From the NCBI GenBank assembly GCA_041494275.1, contig JBGQAM010000008.1, positions 1 through 32,000 on the forward strand: a stretch of 32,000 nucleotides of DNA, in the 5' to 3' direction. The notes beneath the pieces are model-generated. The model did no database searches. It was not told the DNA's origin and worked only from the letters and a program-made list of their open reading frames with translations. Positions 7,646-18,159 of the stretch are shown here, piece after piece. The DNA is from Thermoplasmata archaeon (lineage in GTDB: Archaea; Thermoplasmatota; Thermoplasmata; UBA10834). Each line of letters begins with the position of its first letter. Position 1 is the stretch's first letter. The position numbers and the translations under genes are program-made.

Positions 7646-8772
7646 CGATAGCTCCCGGCGAATACTTCGTCCAGGGGAACGAAGCGTGCGTTGAAGGCGC
7701 GGTTGTGGCGGGCGTCAGATTCTTTGCGGGTTATCCCATCACGCCTTCCACTGAGATTGCCGAGGGCCTTGCTCACAAGCTGAAAGGTGCTGACGGCGTG
7801 TTCCTTCAGATGGAGGACGAGATCGCATGCATCTCCGCGGTCATCGGAGCATCCTGGGGGGGCGTCAAGTCGATGACGGCAACCTCTGGACCTGGTTTCT
7901 CACTAATGCAGGAAGCAATCGGCTATGCAGCGATGTCAGAGACCCCGGTCGTGATCGTGAACGTGATGAGGGGTGGCCCGTCCACTGGTCAGCCTACGCG
8001 GGCGTCCCAGGGCGATGTGATGCAGACGCGATATGGCTCGCATGGCGACTACCAAGTCATCGCCTTCGCGCCCGCCTCGGTTCAGGAGATGTTCGACCTC
8101 ACGATCGAGTCCTTCAACTACGCTGAGAAGTACCGTGTGCCAGCATTCCTTCTGTCGGATGGCGAGGTAGGCCACATGAGAGGCCTGCTAGCGGTCCCGG
8201 ACAAGATCAAGATAGTGAACAGGAAGGAGAAGGGTCTTCGGAGACCGGACGAGGCGTATGACGTACCCGACGATCTCGTCCATCCGTTCCCAATCTTCGG
8301 CAAAGGACACAAAACCATGATAACAGGCATGACTCACACCGACGATTCACGGATCGAGCCAGAGGATGCCAAGGTCCACCAGCAGCTGATCAAACGGCTG
8401 TCCGAGAAGGTCCTCAAGAACAGGAAGGACATCAACAAATGGGAACTAACCTGTCCCGACTCGAAGACGATGATTGTCTCGTACGGTTCTTCTGCCCTCG
8501 GTGCGAAGGAGGTAGCCGCGTCGGATGACAGGATCGGCCTTCTTAGGCTCAAGAGCATTTGGCCGCTTCCGGAAGAGCCTATCTACGAGGTTGCCAGCAA
8601 GTGCGACCAGATACTCGTCTGCGAGATGAACCTCGGCATGCTCTACTGGTCGATCAAGAGAGTGGCGCTCGAGGCCGGCTGCAAGAAGGTCGAGTTGCTT
8701 TCGAAAGTCGGCGGGGAACCTCCAACCCCGAGCGAAGTGCGGCACAAGCTTCGGTCGATGGGGGCGATCTGA
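7642..8772 (+). CDS. korA: 2-oxoacid:ferredoxin oxidoreductase alpha subunit
   Basis: MTIAPGEYFVQGNEACVEGA...FFAGYPITPSTEI is a typical alpha-subunit N-terminus. ATG at 7642 chosen instead of the ORF-track start at 7609. Confidence 0.88.
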   Translation: MTIAPGEYFVQGNEACVEGAVVAGVRFFAGYPITPSTEIAEGLAHKLKGADGVFLQMEDEIACISAVIGASWGGVKSMTATSGPGFSLMQEAIGYAAMSETPVVIVNVMRGGPSTGQPTRASQGDVMQTRYGSHGDYQVIAFAPASVQEMFDLTIESFNYAEKYRVPAFLLSDGEVGHMRGLLAVPDKIKIVNRKEKGLRRPDEAYDVPDDLVHPFPIFGKGHKTMITGMTHTDDSRIEPEDAKVHQQLIKRLSEKVLKNRKDINKWELTCPDSKTMIVSYGSSALGAKEVAASDDRIGLLRLKSIWPLPEEPIYEVASKCDQILVCEMNLGMLYWSIKRVALEAGCKKVELLSKVGGEPPTPSEVRHKLRSMGAI

Positions 8773-9581
8773 TGGAGCTCTTCGAGTTCTACCGAAAAGA
8801 CCGATGGCCTCACGTGTTCTGTCCTGGGTGCGGCAACGGCACCGTGATGAACTGTTTCTACAGGGCGTTCACTGAGCTCAACCTGCCTCTCGATAGGACG
8901 GCCTTCGTCGGCGGTATCGGCTGCTCTTCCAGGATCCCGCTATACATCAACTCTGATGCGCTCCACACGACCCACGGAAGAGCAATCGCCTTTGCGACAG
9001 GCCTGAAGCTCTCAAAGCCAGAACTGAAGATTGTGATATTCACAGGTGATGGCGACCTGGGCGCCATCGGTGGCAACCATTTCATCAACGGTTGCCGACG
9101 CAACTTGGACATGACCGTGATCTGCATTAACAACAACATCTACGGAATGACGGGAGGGCAGGCCTCGATCACGACTCCACACGATTTCCAGTCGACCACA
9201 ACGCCTTTCGGGAACAAGGAATATCCGTTCGACCTGGCAGAGATCGCGGTTGCAGCGGGGGCCAACTACGTAGCTCGGTGGACCACAAGGCACGTCCACG
9301 AGTTGACCAAGTCGATGAAGACCGCGCTCCAGAAGAAGGGGTTCGCCTTCGTCGAGGTCGTCTCACAATGCCCGACCAATTTCGGCAGACGGAACAAGAT
9401 GGCGGATCCGACGCAGATGCTGGAATGGTTCAAAGAGAGCTCCGTCAGGCGGGACAAGGCGAGACTAGCGGCGGTCGACCATGTAGACCTCAATCTGGCT
9501 GGTCAGATCACCGTGGGAGAGTTCGTGGATAGGAACAGGGAATGCTACGAGGAACTCATCGGAGGCGGGAAACATGGATAG
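8772..9581 (+). CDS. korB: 2-oxoacid:ferredoxin oxidoreductase beta subunit (TPP-binding)
   Basis: CPGCGNG near the N-terminus and FTGDGDLGAIGGNH TPP motif. ATG at 8772 overlaps the korA stop (TGATG). The 71 codons upstream in the ORF-track ORF overlap korA and are rejected. Confidence 0.88.
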   Translation: MELFEFYRKDRWPHVFCPGCGNGTVMNCFYRAFTELNLPLDRTAFVGGIGCSSRIPLYINSDALHTTHGRAIAFATGLKLSKPELKIVIFTGDGDLGAIGGNHFINGCRRNLDMTVICINNNIYGMTGGQASITTPHDFQSTTTPFGNKEYPFDLAEIAVAAGANYVARWTTRHVHELTKSMKTALQKKGFAFVEVVSQCPTNFGRRNKMADPTQMLEWFKESSVRRDKARLAAVDHVDLNLAGQITVGEFVDRNRECYEELIGGGKHG

Positions 9582-10152
9582 GCAGATCAGGTTCTCCGGC
9601 TTCGGTGGCCAGGGCGTCATCCTTATGGGCGTCGTCCTCGGACGCGCGGCCGCTCTCTATGACAGGCCGTTGGGGGAAGACGGAAAGCCCAAGAGATTGA
9701 CAGCCATACAGACACAATCCTACGGTCCTTCGGCCAGGGGCGGCCACTCCAAGTGCGACGTCAAGATCTCGGACAAGGAGATGCTCTATCCGTTCGTGGA
9801 AATACCCGACTATCTTGTCATAATGTCCCAACAGGCCTACTCGAAATACATATACGAGAGGAAGCCCGATACGAGGATCCTGATCGATCCGGACCTCGTC
9901 CTCGAGAGGCCGAAAGGAGATGTTTTCTATGTGCCAGCGACCAAGGCAGCCGAGAACATAGGGACCAGGATTGTTGCCAACGTTGTGATGCTCGGAGCCC
10001 TCAGGGAGATATCCGACATCGTATCATATGATGCGCTGGAGAGAGCGCTTTTCGATTCCCTTCCGAAACCCACACACGATCTGAACAAATCCGCATTGGC
10101 CGTCGGGACCAAGCTGGGAAGAGAGGCGGTCGAGAGCAAGAGCAAGGATTAA
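9574..10152 (+). CDS. korG: 2-oxoacid:ferredoxin oxidoreductase gamma subunit
   Basis: IRFSGFGGQGVILMG motif. Overlaps the korB end by 8 nt. Confidence 0.85.
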   Translation: MDRQIRFSGFGGQGVILMGVVLGRAAALYDRPLGEDGKPKRLTAIQTQSYGPSARGGHSKCDVKISDKEMLYPFVEIPDYLVIMSQQAYSKYIYERKPDTRILIDPDLVLERPKGDVFYVPATKAAENIGTRIVANVVMLGALREISDIVSYDALERALFDSLPKPTHDLNKSALAVGTKLGREAVESKSKD

Positions 10153-10189
10153 ACAATATGACAACATTCGCATCGAAGGAGCGGGGAAC

Positions 10190-10840
10190 TTGATAATCGA
10201 ATCCGTGCTGAAAGAAGGCCGGAAGTCGCTTGCGGAGAACGAGGTGAAGGAGCTTCTGAGAGAGTCGGGCATCCCCACAACGGATTTTCAGGTCGTGCGG
10301 AAGTTCGAGGACATCGACCAAAAGAAGCTGAAGTTCCCTGCGGTGCTGAAAGTCTGCTCTCCGAGCATACTGCACAAGACCGACGTGGGCGGGGTTGTTC
10401 TCGACGTTGCGCGGGACCAACTCGAGCACGAATTCGCGAAGATGAGAGAGAAGTTCCCCAATGAACAGATCTTAGTGGAGTCGCATCAGGACAGGAGAGT
10501 CGAAGTCATCGTCGGCCTAATCAACGATCCGACCTTCGGCCTGACCGTCATGTTCGGACTCGGCGGGATCTACACGGAGGTCTACAAGGACGTCACGTTC
10601 AGGATCGTCCCGATCAAGAGAGAAGATGCCGAGGAGATGCTGAGGGAGATCAAGGCGGCACCGATCCTGGAAGGTTTCAGAAAGATCAAGGTCGATAGGG
10701 AAGCGATAATAAACATCCTGATGAAGGTGTCTGCGCTCGGGGAGAAGTACATGGACAAGCTCGACCAGATGGATCTCAACCCCGTGTTCGTGAAAGAGAA
10801 GGGCGCTGTAGTGGTCGATGCGAAACTGCTCTTGAAGTGA
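10190..10840 (+). CDS. ADP-forming acyl-CoA synthetase beta-type subunit (ATP-grasp domain)
   Basis: LAENEVKELLRESGIPTTDF...FPAVLKVCSPSILHKTDVGGVVLDV resembles archaeal ACD beta subunits. TTG start with GGAG 9 nt upstream. No alpha subunit in the window. Confidence 0.75.
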   Translation: MIIESVLKEGRKSLAENEVKELLRESGIPTTDFQVVRKFEDIDQKKLKFPAVLKVCSPSILHKTDVGGVVLDVARDQLEHEFAKMREKFPNEQILVESHQDRRVEVIVGLINDPTFGLTVMFGLGGIYTEVYKDVTFRIVPIKREDAEEMLREIKAAPILEGFRKIKVDREAIINILMKVSALGEKYMDKLDQMDLNPVFVKEKGAVVVDAKLLLK

Positions 10841-10883
10841 TGATTGATTGTGAGCGGAGTCTATCTGTCGCGAGGTGTCTGCA

Positions 10884-11483
10884 ATGATTGCTAGGGGTGG
10901 CCGTGGGCTAGTCGGGTTAAGCGCCCTTGCGACCGCTGCAGCTCTCCCGTTCCAGCTCTATGTGACAGCCGGACTCGCTGGTCTGACCATCTTCCTCATC
11001 TGCGTTTTCAGAGATCCGAAACGAACAATAGGGGACGGCGTTGTGTCCCCAGCAGATGGAACGGTCAGAGCCGTTGACCACGAGAAGGGCCTGGTTTCCA
11101 TCTATCTTGCGCTCAGGAATGTTCACGTTACGAGGGCGCCGCTTGAGGGGACCTTGGAGAACTCCCTCCACACGCTTGGAAAACATCGGCCAGCATTCTC
11201 GAAAGGGACGCCAAACAACGAACGACTTGAGATGTCGTTCATGACCCGAATCGGCAGAATCTCGATAATCGAGATGACGGGCGCGATCGCTAGACGCATC
11301 GTGCCATATGTTAAGCAAGGCCAAGAGCTTGGGAAAGGAGCGAAGATAAGTCTTATTCGGTTCGGCTCCAGGGTGGATCTCTACCTTCCACCATCAAGTG
11401 TTCGGATAGTCGTGGAAAAGGGCCAAAAGTTGCTCGCGGGCGTCACATGCATCGCGGAGGTCTGTGATGGCCGCATGGAATAG
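10884..11483 (+). CDS. psd: Phosphatidylserine (archaetidylserine) decarboxylase proenzyme
   Basis: SPADGTV..., VHVTRAP, and the self-cleavage-type motif FGSRVDLYLP. ATG at 10884 preceded by GAGGTG; the ORF-track GTG is at 10875. Confidence 0.85.
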   Translation: MIARGGRGLVGLSALATAAALPFQLYVTAGLAGLTIFLICVFRDPKRTIGDGVVSPADGTVRAVDHEKGLVSIYLALRNVHVTRAPLEGTLENSLHTLGKHRPAFSKGTPNNERLEMSFMTRIGRISIIEMTGAIARRIVPYVKQGQELGKGAKISLIRFGSRVDLYLPPSSVRIVVEKGQKLLAGVTCIAEVCDGRME

Positions 11484-12237
11484 GGTCTCTTTCGGAGACC
11501 TGTTCACGCTTGCGAACGGGGTCCTCGGATTCATCGCCATCACATACATTCTGGACCAGAAGTTCCTGGCCGCAACCAGCCTGCTATTCCTTTCGATGAT
11601 CATGGACGGCCTTGACGGCATCATTGCGAGGCGATTCGGCAGCAAACATTCGATGGGGCAGGTGCTCGACTCGATCTCGGACTCGATATCGTTTGCATTC
11701 GCTCCTGCCCTTCTGGTGTATGCTGAGTTCCATGCGACTTTTGGCTCCGATTTGGAGAATGGTCTCGTGCTGGCGTGCGCGGTCGCCATCCTCGCCACGG
11801 GCCTTTTCAGACTTGCGAGATTCAGCGCAGGCGGGTACCAGATTCCTCATTTCGTCGGTATGCCAGCACCAGCTGCCGCGCTCCTGATAGTCCTTCTTTG
11901 CCTGCTATTCGGGGCATCGAAAGGCCTTGATCACAGCAGGTACTACTTCACAATTGAAGAGCTCCCGTGGCTGGTCATGGGCTTCAGTTTCCTGGCGAGC
12001 TATCTCATGGCATCCGAGATTCCCTATCCGAAAGTCCACGGCAAGATGGCCATTGCGACGGGGTTTGCACTGCTACTGGCGGTCCTCCCGTCGGCCGCTG
12101 GCCTCCTCCTGGTCGCCAACCAATCATTATATACAACATTCTCACGTACCGCCACTGGCATTGCACTGGCACTGACTCTTGTCTACGTTTTCGGGGGGCC
12201 CATCTATGAAAGAATCGAGAGAAGCAAAAGCGGATAG
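11467..12237 (+). CDS. pssA: CDP-alcohol phosphatidyltransferase (archaetidylserine synthase type)
   Basis: DGLDGIIARRFGSKHSMGQVLDSISDSISF matches D-G-x2-A-R-x8-G-x3-D-x3-D. Polytopic. Overlaps psd by 17 nt. Confidence 0.85.
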   Translation: MAAWNRVSFGDLFTLANGVLGFIAITYILDQKFLAATSLLFLSMIMDGLDGIIARRFGSKHSMGQVLDSISDSISFAFAPALLVYAEFHATFGSDLENGLVLACAVAILATGLFRLARFSAGGYQIPHFVGMPAPAAALLIVLLCLLFGASKGLDHSRYYFTIEELPWLVMGFSFLASYLMASEIPYPKVHGKMAIATGFALLLAVLPSAAGLLLVANQSLYTTFSRTATGIALALTLVYVFGGPIYERIERSKSG

Positions 12238-12592
12238 CTACTTCTCGTGCTCTGACTCCGAGCGCGCGGCCTTTGAGGCCGGAGTCAAGATGGGCACAAT
12301 ATACCACCAGTTCGTCGGTGTACCGCTCAGCGTGGAGAACGTGGAGACCCTTGAGAAGGCCATCGAGGCAGGAAGCAAGGTCCAGCCGTTTGTCGAGCGT
12401 GTCAGCGTGAGGATTGATAGGTCGAAGCTGAAGAGCAAGCGAGGACAATATGACTACGTATCCCTCACGGGAGACATGCTGGACGTGACCCTCGTGGTGA
12501 AGTACAAGAGCGCGAGGGTCAAAGCCTCAATGAAGATGATCAAGGAGATGAACTACCCGCTGATGTTCATAGAGGAAATCGGGAAGAAGTGA
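12206..12592 (+). CDS. mptD: MptD-like protein (archaeal dihydroneopterin aldolase family, COG2098-like)
   Basis: SDSERAAFEAGVKMGTIYHQFVGVPLS...MLDVTLVV...NYPLMFIEEI resembles my recollection of the MJ0408 family. ATG at 12206 overlaps the pssA 3' end by 32 nt. Confidence 0.55.
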   Translation: MKESREAKADSYFSCSDSERAAFEAGVKMGTIYHQFVGVPLSVENVETLEKAIEAGSKVQPFVERVSVRIDRSKLKSKRGQYDYVSLTGDMLDVTLVVKYKSARVKASMKMIKEMNYPLMFIEEIGKK

Positions 12593-12700
12593 AGGACTCC
12601 TGCCCGGTCGATTGCTCGGACTCAATGTGAAAATTTATGACATTCATCATATATTTGAAAGACCATACAGATACCGTTTATCTGGGTGCCTGGTGACGCA

Positions 12701-13246
12701 ATGACGAGGGGTATAAAGGTAGGTATCACCGGACTTCCGGGGGCGGGGAAGACGCAGGCCCTCGTCAAAGTGATCGAGATGCTCGAGGAGGAGAGCCTCA
12801 CCGTCGGTGGCATGGTCACTGAGCCGATTATTGAGAATGGCAAGAGGGTCGGATTCTACGTCATGGACTGGAAATCCAAGCGCAAAGCAATCTTCGCCCA
12901 TATCGAGACCGAGTCGAAGTTCTATGTCGGGAAGTACGGCGTGAACCTCGAAAGCCTGGACACAGTCGGTGTCGAGGCGCTGGTTGACGCAAGCAAGAAC
13001 TCAGACGTGATCGTGATTGACGAGGTCGGCAAGATGGAGGTCGAGTCTGAGAAGTTCGTGAAGGCGGTCAAGGATGCCATGGAAGTCGACAAGCCGATCA
13101 TACTGACGCTTCACAAGAAATCCAGGAACCCCCTCCTGCAGGACATCAGGAGAAGGGACGACGTGCGGATTCTTGAGGTAACGCCCATCAATCGAAACCT
13201 CCTCCCTTACAAGATCATCAAGCTGATGAAGGGCGAGTACGTTTGA
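12701..13246 (+). CDS. THEP1/NTPCR-like nucleoside triphosphatase (COG1618)
   Basis: Walker A GLPGAGKT and Walker B VIVIDEVGKME. Size and layout are typical of this family. ATG at 12701 preferred over GTG at 12686. Confidence 0.8.
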   Translation: MTRGIKVGITGLPGAGKTQALVKVIEMLEEESLTVGGMVTEPIIENGKRVGFYVMDWKSKRKAIFAHIETESKFYVGKYGVNLESLDTVGVEALVDASKNSDVIVIDEVGKMEVESEKFVKAVKDAMEVDKPIILTLHKKSRNPLLQDIRRRDDVRILEVTPINRNLLPYKIIKLMKGEYV

Positions 13247-14361
13247 TGCTTTCCGGTCTTGCTCAGGTGAGAGAGGGGACCACTGACCTTCTCGTTCCCG
13301 AGAGCTACACAAGAAAAGGCCATGGAACGAAAACTGGCGTGGTCTTCTACAACAAGCAAATGGAGTTCGGCAGAGACATCTCAGTCATGCTAGGACGCGT
13401 GATCTTCAGCGAGGGACAACGCATCCTCGACGGGCTGGCCGCAACAGGCGCGAGAGGACTCAGACTGGCAAACGAGTGCGGAGTTCGCGCGGATTTCGAG
13501 CTGAACGACAGAGACATCAGAGCGGCTGTGCTGATGAAGCAGAACGCAGAACTCAACAGCCTAGGTCATGTTCGTGTGAACTGCCGAGACCTAAGAAGCC
13601 TGCTCTCCGAAGAACAGTTCGACTACATCGATATCGATCCATTCGGGACGCCTGTGGACTTCATCGATTCAGCCGTGCAGAGCTGCAAGAACAATGGCGT
13701 GATTGCCATCACGGCGACAGATACGGCCCCGCTGTATGGGACCTACCCAAAGACATGCTTTCGCAGATATGGATCGACCTCGGCGAGATCCCCTTTCGCA
13801 CACGAGACCGGCCTCAGAATCCTGATCGGATTCGTGGTAAGAGAGGCCGCCAAGCACGATCGTGCGGCCGAACCACTGTTGTGCTATCACGCTGACCACT
13901 ACTTCAGATGCAATCTCAGAATTCGTAACGGAGCGGCGAGGGCCGACGCGGCTGTCAAGAAGCTCGGGTTCATCGGCTTCACTCGGCCTTCTCTATCGAG
14001 AACAGCGGACGCCGCAAGGACTAGTGACAAGGACGCCGGACCGCTCTGGCTTCTCGAGCTCTCGTCCAAGGAAGTGCTCAAGGGCATGAAGGCGAGCGGC
14101 GACCTGGGAACCTCTATCAGGTGCGGCAAGATGCTCGATGTTTGGAGAGATGAGACGTGCATGCCTCCACTGTACTACGGCATGGACGAGCTCGCGAGAA
14201 AAACGAAACTGGCACCGCCCAAGCTGGTCGAGTTCATAGAGTATCTGAGAGACAAGGGAGCGAGAGCTTCGAAGACTCACTTCGATCCGAAAGGATTGAA
14301 GACAGATCTCGATGCATCCGAGCTGTTGGAGCACTACAAGAAGTACCACAAGAAGAGATGA
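13246..14361 (+). CDS. trm1: tRNA (guanine(26)-N2)-dimethyltransferase
   Basis: VFYNKQMEFGRD, LDGLAATGARGLRLA, IDIDPFGTP..FIDSA. ATG overlaps the NTPase stop (TGATG). Confidence 0.9.
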   Translation: MLSGLAQVREGTTDLLVPESYTRKGHGTKTGVVFYNKQMEFGRDISVMLGRVIFSEGQRILDGLAATGARGLRLANECGVRADFELNDRDIRAAVLMKQNAELNSLGHVRVNCRDLRSLLSEEQFDYIDIDPFGTPVDFIDSAVQSCKNNGVIAITATDTAPLYGTYPKTCFRRYGSTSARSPFAHETGLRILIGFVVREAAKHDRAAEPLLCYHADHYFRCNLRIRNGAARADAAVKKLGFIGFTRPSLSRTADAARTSDKDAGPLWLLELSSKEVLKGMKASGDLGTSIRCGKMLDVWRDETCMPPLYYGMDELARKTKLAPPKLVEFIEYLRDKGARASKTHFDPKGLKTDLDASELLEHYKKYHKKR

Positions 14362-15735
<1,374 letters not shown>

Positions 15736-15747
15736 CACCGGTTTCCT

Positions 15748-15766
15748 GCCAGATCTTCGATCTGGC
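15748..15766 (+). terminator. Perfect hairpin GCCAGATC-ttc-GATCTGGC just after the purA stop
   Basis: 8-bp stem read directly. No T-run follows, so a terminator role is uncertain. Confidence 0.3.
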
Positions 15767-15792
15767 AATGCGGGAAGCCCCTCCCATCATCA

Positions 15793-15799
15793 TTAAATA
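15793..15799 (+). promoter_or_regulatory. TATA box (TTAAATA) for topA
   Basis: Centre is 27 nt upstream of the ATG at 15823, implying a leaderless transcript. Confidence 0.55.
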
Positions 15800-15822
15800 A
15801 GCCCCCAATCATCCAAGCACGA

Positions 15823-18156
15823 ATGCGCCGGCTCATCATCAGCGAGAAGAATCTCGCCGCGCGGAGGATCGCACTCATACTCTCCGACAACACGCAGAAG
15901 AGTCGTTCTGTCGCAGGCGTTCCTGTTCTGACATTCGCCAAAGGACCCGATGAGTACTTCGTGTTGGGACTCAGAGGACACATCATAATCTTGGACTATC
16001 CAGACAAGTACAACAACTGGGACGCAATCCCGCCGAAGGACCTGGTCTATGCGAAACCTGAGAAGAAAGTGGATCCGACGGCGAAGAAGATAATGAACGC
16101 GCTAAAAGACCTGGCCAAGTCGGCGGACGAGGTAATCGTCGCAACCGACTACGACCGAGAGGGGGAGTTGATTGGGGTTGAGGCGCTCGAAGAGGCCCAG
16201 GTCGACAAGCCGAAGCGCAGGGCGAAATTCAGCGCGCTGACGAAAGCCGAGATCGAGAGAGCATTCACGGAGTTGGCCGAGATCGACTATCGCCTTGCGT
16301 CCGCAGCCGAAACCCGGCAGCTCATCGACCTGGCTTGGGGAGCTTCGTTGACCAGGTTCATCTCGCTAGCCTCGGGTCAACTAGGAAAGGATTTCCTCTC
16401 AGTGGGGCGCGTCCAGAGCCCGACGCTCGCACTCGTCGTCGACAGGGAACGGGAGATCAAAGCGTTCAAACCAGTCCCCTATTGGCTGGTCACCGCAGAC
16501 CTGAAGAAGGATTCGGAGTTCAAGGCATCGCACAAGAACGGGAAATTCCTCGACAAAGAGGCCGCGCAAGCTGCTTTCGGGAGAGCGAAGTCAGCGAAGA
16601 CCGCCTCAGTCAAGGAATTCAAAGAAGAGGAGAACAACGAATGGGCCCCTTGGCCGTTCAGCACCACGATCTTCCTCATGGAGGCGAACAAACTCGGCCT
16701 CTCGCCATCTCAAGCAATGAAGATCGCAGAGGACCTCTACACCGACGGTTACATCTCGTACCCGAGGACGGACAACACCGTCTACCCGCCTTCGCTCAGC
16801 CTGAGAACGATACTCGAGAAGCTCAGAAAATCTGAATTCGCGAAAGAGGCAGAGGAGATACTCTCCCAGGAGAGTTTGCGACCATCGAGAGGGAAGAAGA
16901 GCACGACTGACCACCCGCCCATCCACCCGGTAGAAGCGGCGAAGAAGGGCGAACTCAAGGGGCACCATTGGGATGTCTACGAACTCGTCGTGAGAAGATT
17001 CCTTGCCACACTTGCACCCCCCTGTAAGTCATTGACGACTTCTGTTGAGCTGGACATAGGCGGAGAGCCTTTCTTGTCGGAAGGCTACAGAATCATCTCG
17101 CCGGGCTGGAGGAAGTACTATCCATACTACAGGGTGACCGAGGTCACTCTGCCGCAACTGAAAGTAGGAGACGCTGCTGAGGTTCTGAGGATTCAGTCCA
17201 CTGAGAAGAAGACGACACCACCAGACAGATACTCCCAGGGCTCACTGATCAAGAAGATGGAGGACCTCGGCCTGGGAACCAAGAGCACGAGGCACGAGAC
17301 GATCCAGAAACTATATGACCGAAGGTTCGCGAAAGGAACCAGGATCATCGAGCCGACCGAGAGTGGAGTCGCGGTCATTTCCGCCCTTGAAGAGCACGCC
17401 AACGACATCACGAGCGCGAAGATGACCTCACACCTCGAAAGCGACATGGACATGATAGCTGCTGGTGAGCTTCAGCAGGATGAGGTCGTCGAGGAGAGCC
17501 AGGCAATGCTCGAGGACATCATGAACGTCCTCGAGAAGCACAAGAAGGAGATTGGAGAGCACATAAGAAAGGCCCTCAGAGAACAACACACTTTGGGGAC
17601 ATGTCCCAAGTGCGGGACCGGTCAATTGCTGCAGATCAGGATGAAGAATGGAGGCACCTTCGCCGGGTGCTCGGGCTATCCAGAGTGCAGAAACACCTAT
17701 CCGCTGCCGAGTGGTATGTTGGTTCTCGCCACTGATGTGAAGTGCTCGGTCTGTGGTGCACCCAAAGTGAAAACCGTCGCCAGAGGACAGGCGCCAGTGA
17801 CGGTCTGCATAGATCCGAAATGTGCTGGAGCGCTTAAGGAGAGGTTCGTCGGCAAGTGCCCCACTTGTGGAGGAGATCTCAGAGTCATCCAGTCGAGGAA
17901 GGGGAAGAGATTCGCAGGATGTTCCAACTACCCGAACTGCAAGGTGATGTACCCACTTCCGCAGCAGGGCAGAGTGGTCCCGACAGGACAGGTCTGCGAC
18001 GCGTGCGGTTCCCCGACCATCCAGATACTCATGCAGAATAGGGGGAAATGGACCCTCTGCCTCAACATGAGCTGTCCAAAGAAAGCTGAGAAGGCAGCAA
18101 AGAAGGCCGCAAAGGAAGACGCCGCCAAGGGAGACGAAGTCTCAGAGAAGGACTAG
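15823..18156 (+). CDS. topA: DNA topoisomerase, type IA, with four C-terminal zinc ribbons and a Lys-rich tail
   Basis: Toprim (LIISEK, DYDREGE), catalytic-Tyr region YISYPRTDN, and four CxxC...C..C ribbons between residues about 590 and 760. Confidence 0.92.
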   Translation: MRRLIISEKNLAARRIALILSDNTQKSRSVAGVPVLTFAKGPDEYFVLGLRGHIIILDYPDKYNNWDAIPPKDLVYAKPEKKVDPTAKKIMNALKDLAKSADEVIVATDYDREGELIGVEALEEAQVDKPKRRAKFSALTKAEIERAFTELAEIDYRLASAAETRQLIDLAWGASLTRFISLASGQLGKDFLSVGRVQSPTLALVVDREREIKAFKPVPYWLVTADLKKDSEFKASHKNGKFLDKEAAQAAFGRAKSAKTASVKEFKEEENNEWAPWPFSTTIFLMEANKLGLSPSQAMKIAEDLYTDGYISYPRTDNTVYPPSLSLRTILEKLRKSEFAKEAEEILSQESLRPSRGKKSTTDHPPIHPVEAAKKGELKGHHWDVYELVVRRFLATLAPPCKSLTTSVELDIGGEPFLSEGYRIISPGWRKYYPYYRVTEVTLPQLKVGDAAEVLRIQSTEKKTTPPDRYSQGSLIKKMEDLGLGTKSTRHETIQKLYDRRFAKGTRIIEPTESGVAVISALEEHANDITSAKMTSHLESDMDMIAAGELQQDEVVEESQAMLEDIMNVLEKHKKEIGEHIRKALREQHTLGTCPKCGTGQLLQIRMKNGGTFAGCSGYPECRNTYPLPSGMLVLATDVKCSVCGAPKVKTVARGQAPVTVCIDPKCAGALKERFVGKCPTCGGDLRVIQSRKGKRFAGCSNYPNCKVMYPLPQQGRVVPTGQVCDACGSPTIQILMQNRGKWTLCLNMSCPKKAEKAAKKAAKEDAAKGDEVSEKD

Positions 18157-18159
18157 ACC

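Noticed and set aside
8559-8771. 71-codon N-terminal extension of the oxidoreductase beta-subunit ORF.
   Set aside because: It lies entirely inside the alpha-subunit gene in another frame. The conserved beta N-terminus (MELFEFYRKDRWPHVFCPGCGNG) starts at the ATG at 8772, which overlaps the alpha stop.
12637-12656. ATGATGA (C-box-like, minus strand) and TATGACA, a half-site resembling the RHH operator, upstream of the NTPase gene. Similar isolated RUGAUGA matches occur at 10836, 15786 and many intragenic sites.
   Set aside because: None is followed by CTGA at the 12-nt guide distance or by a C'/D pair. The operator resemblance is a single partial half-site.
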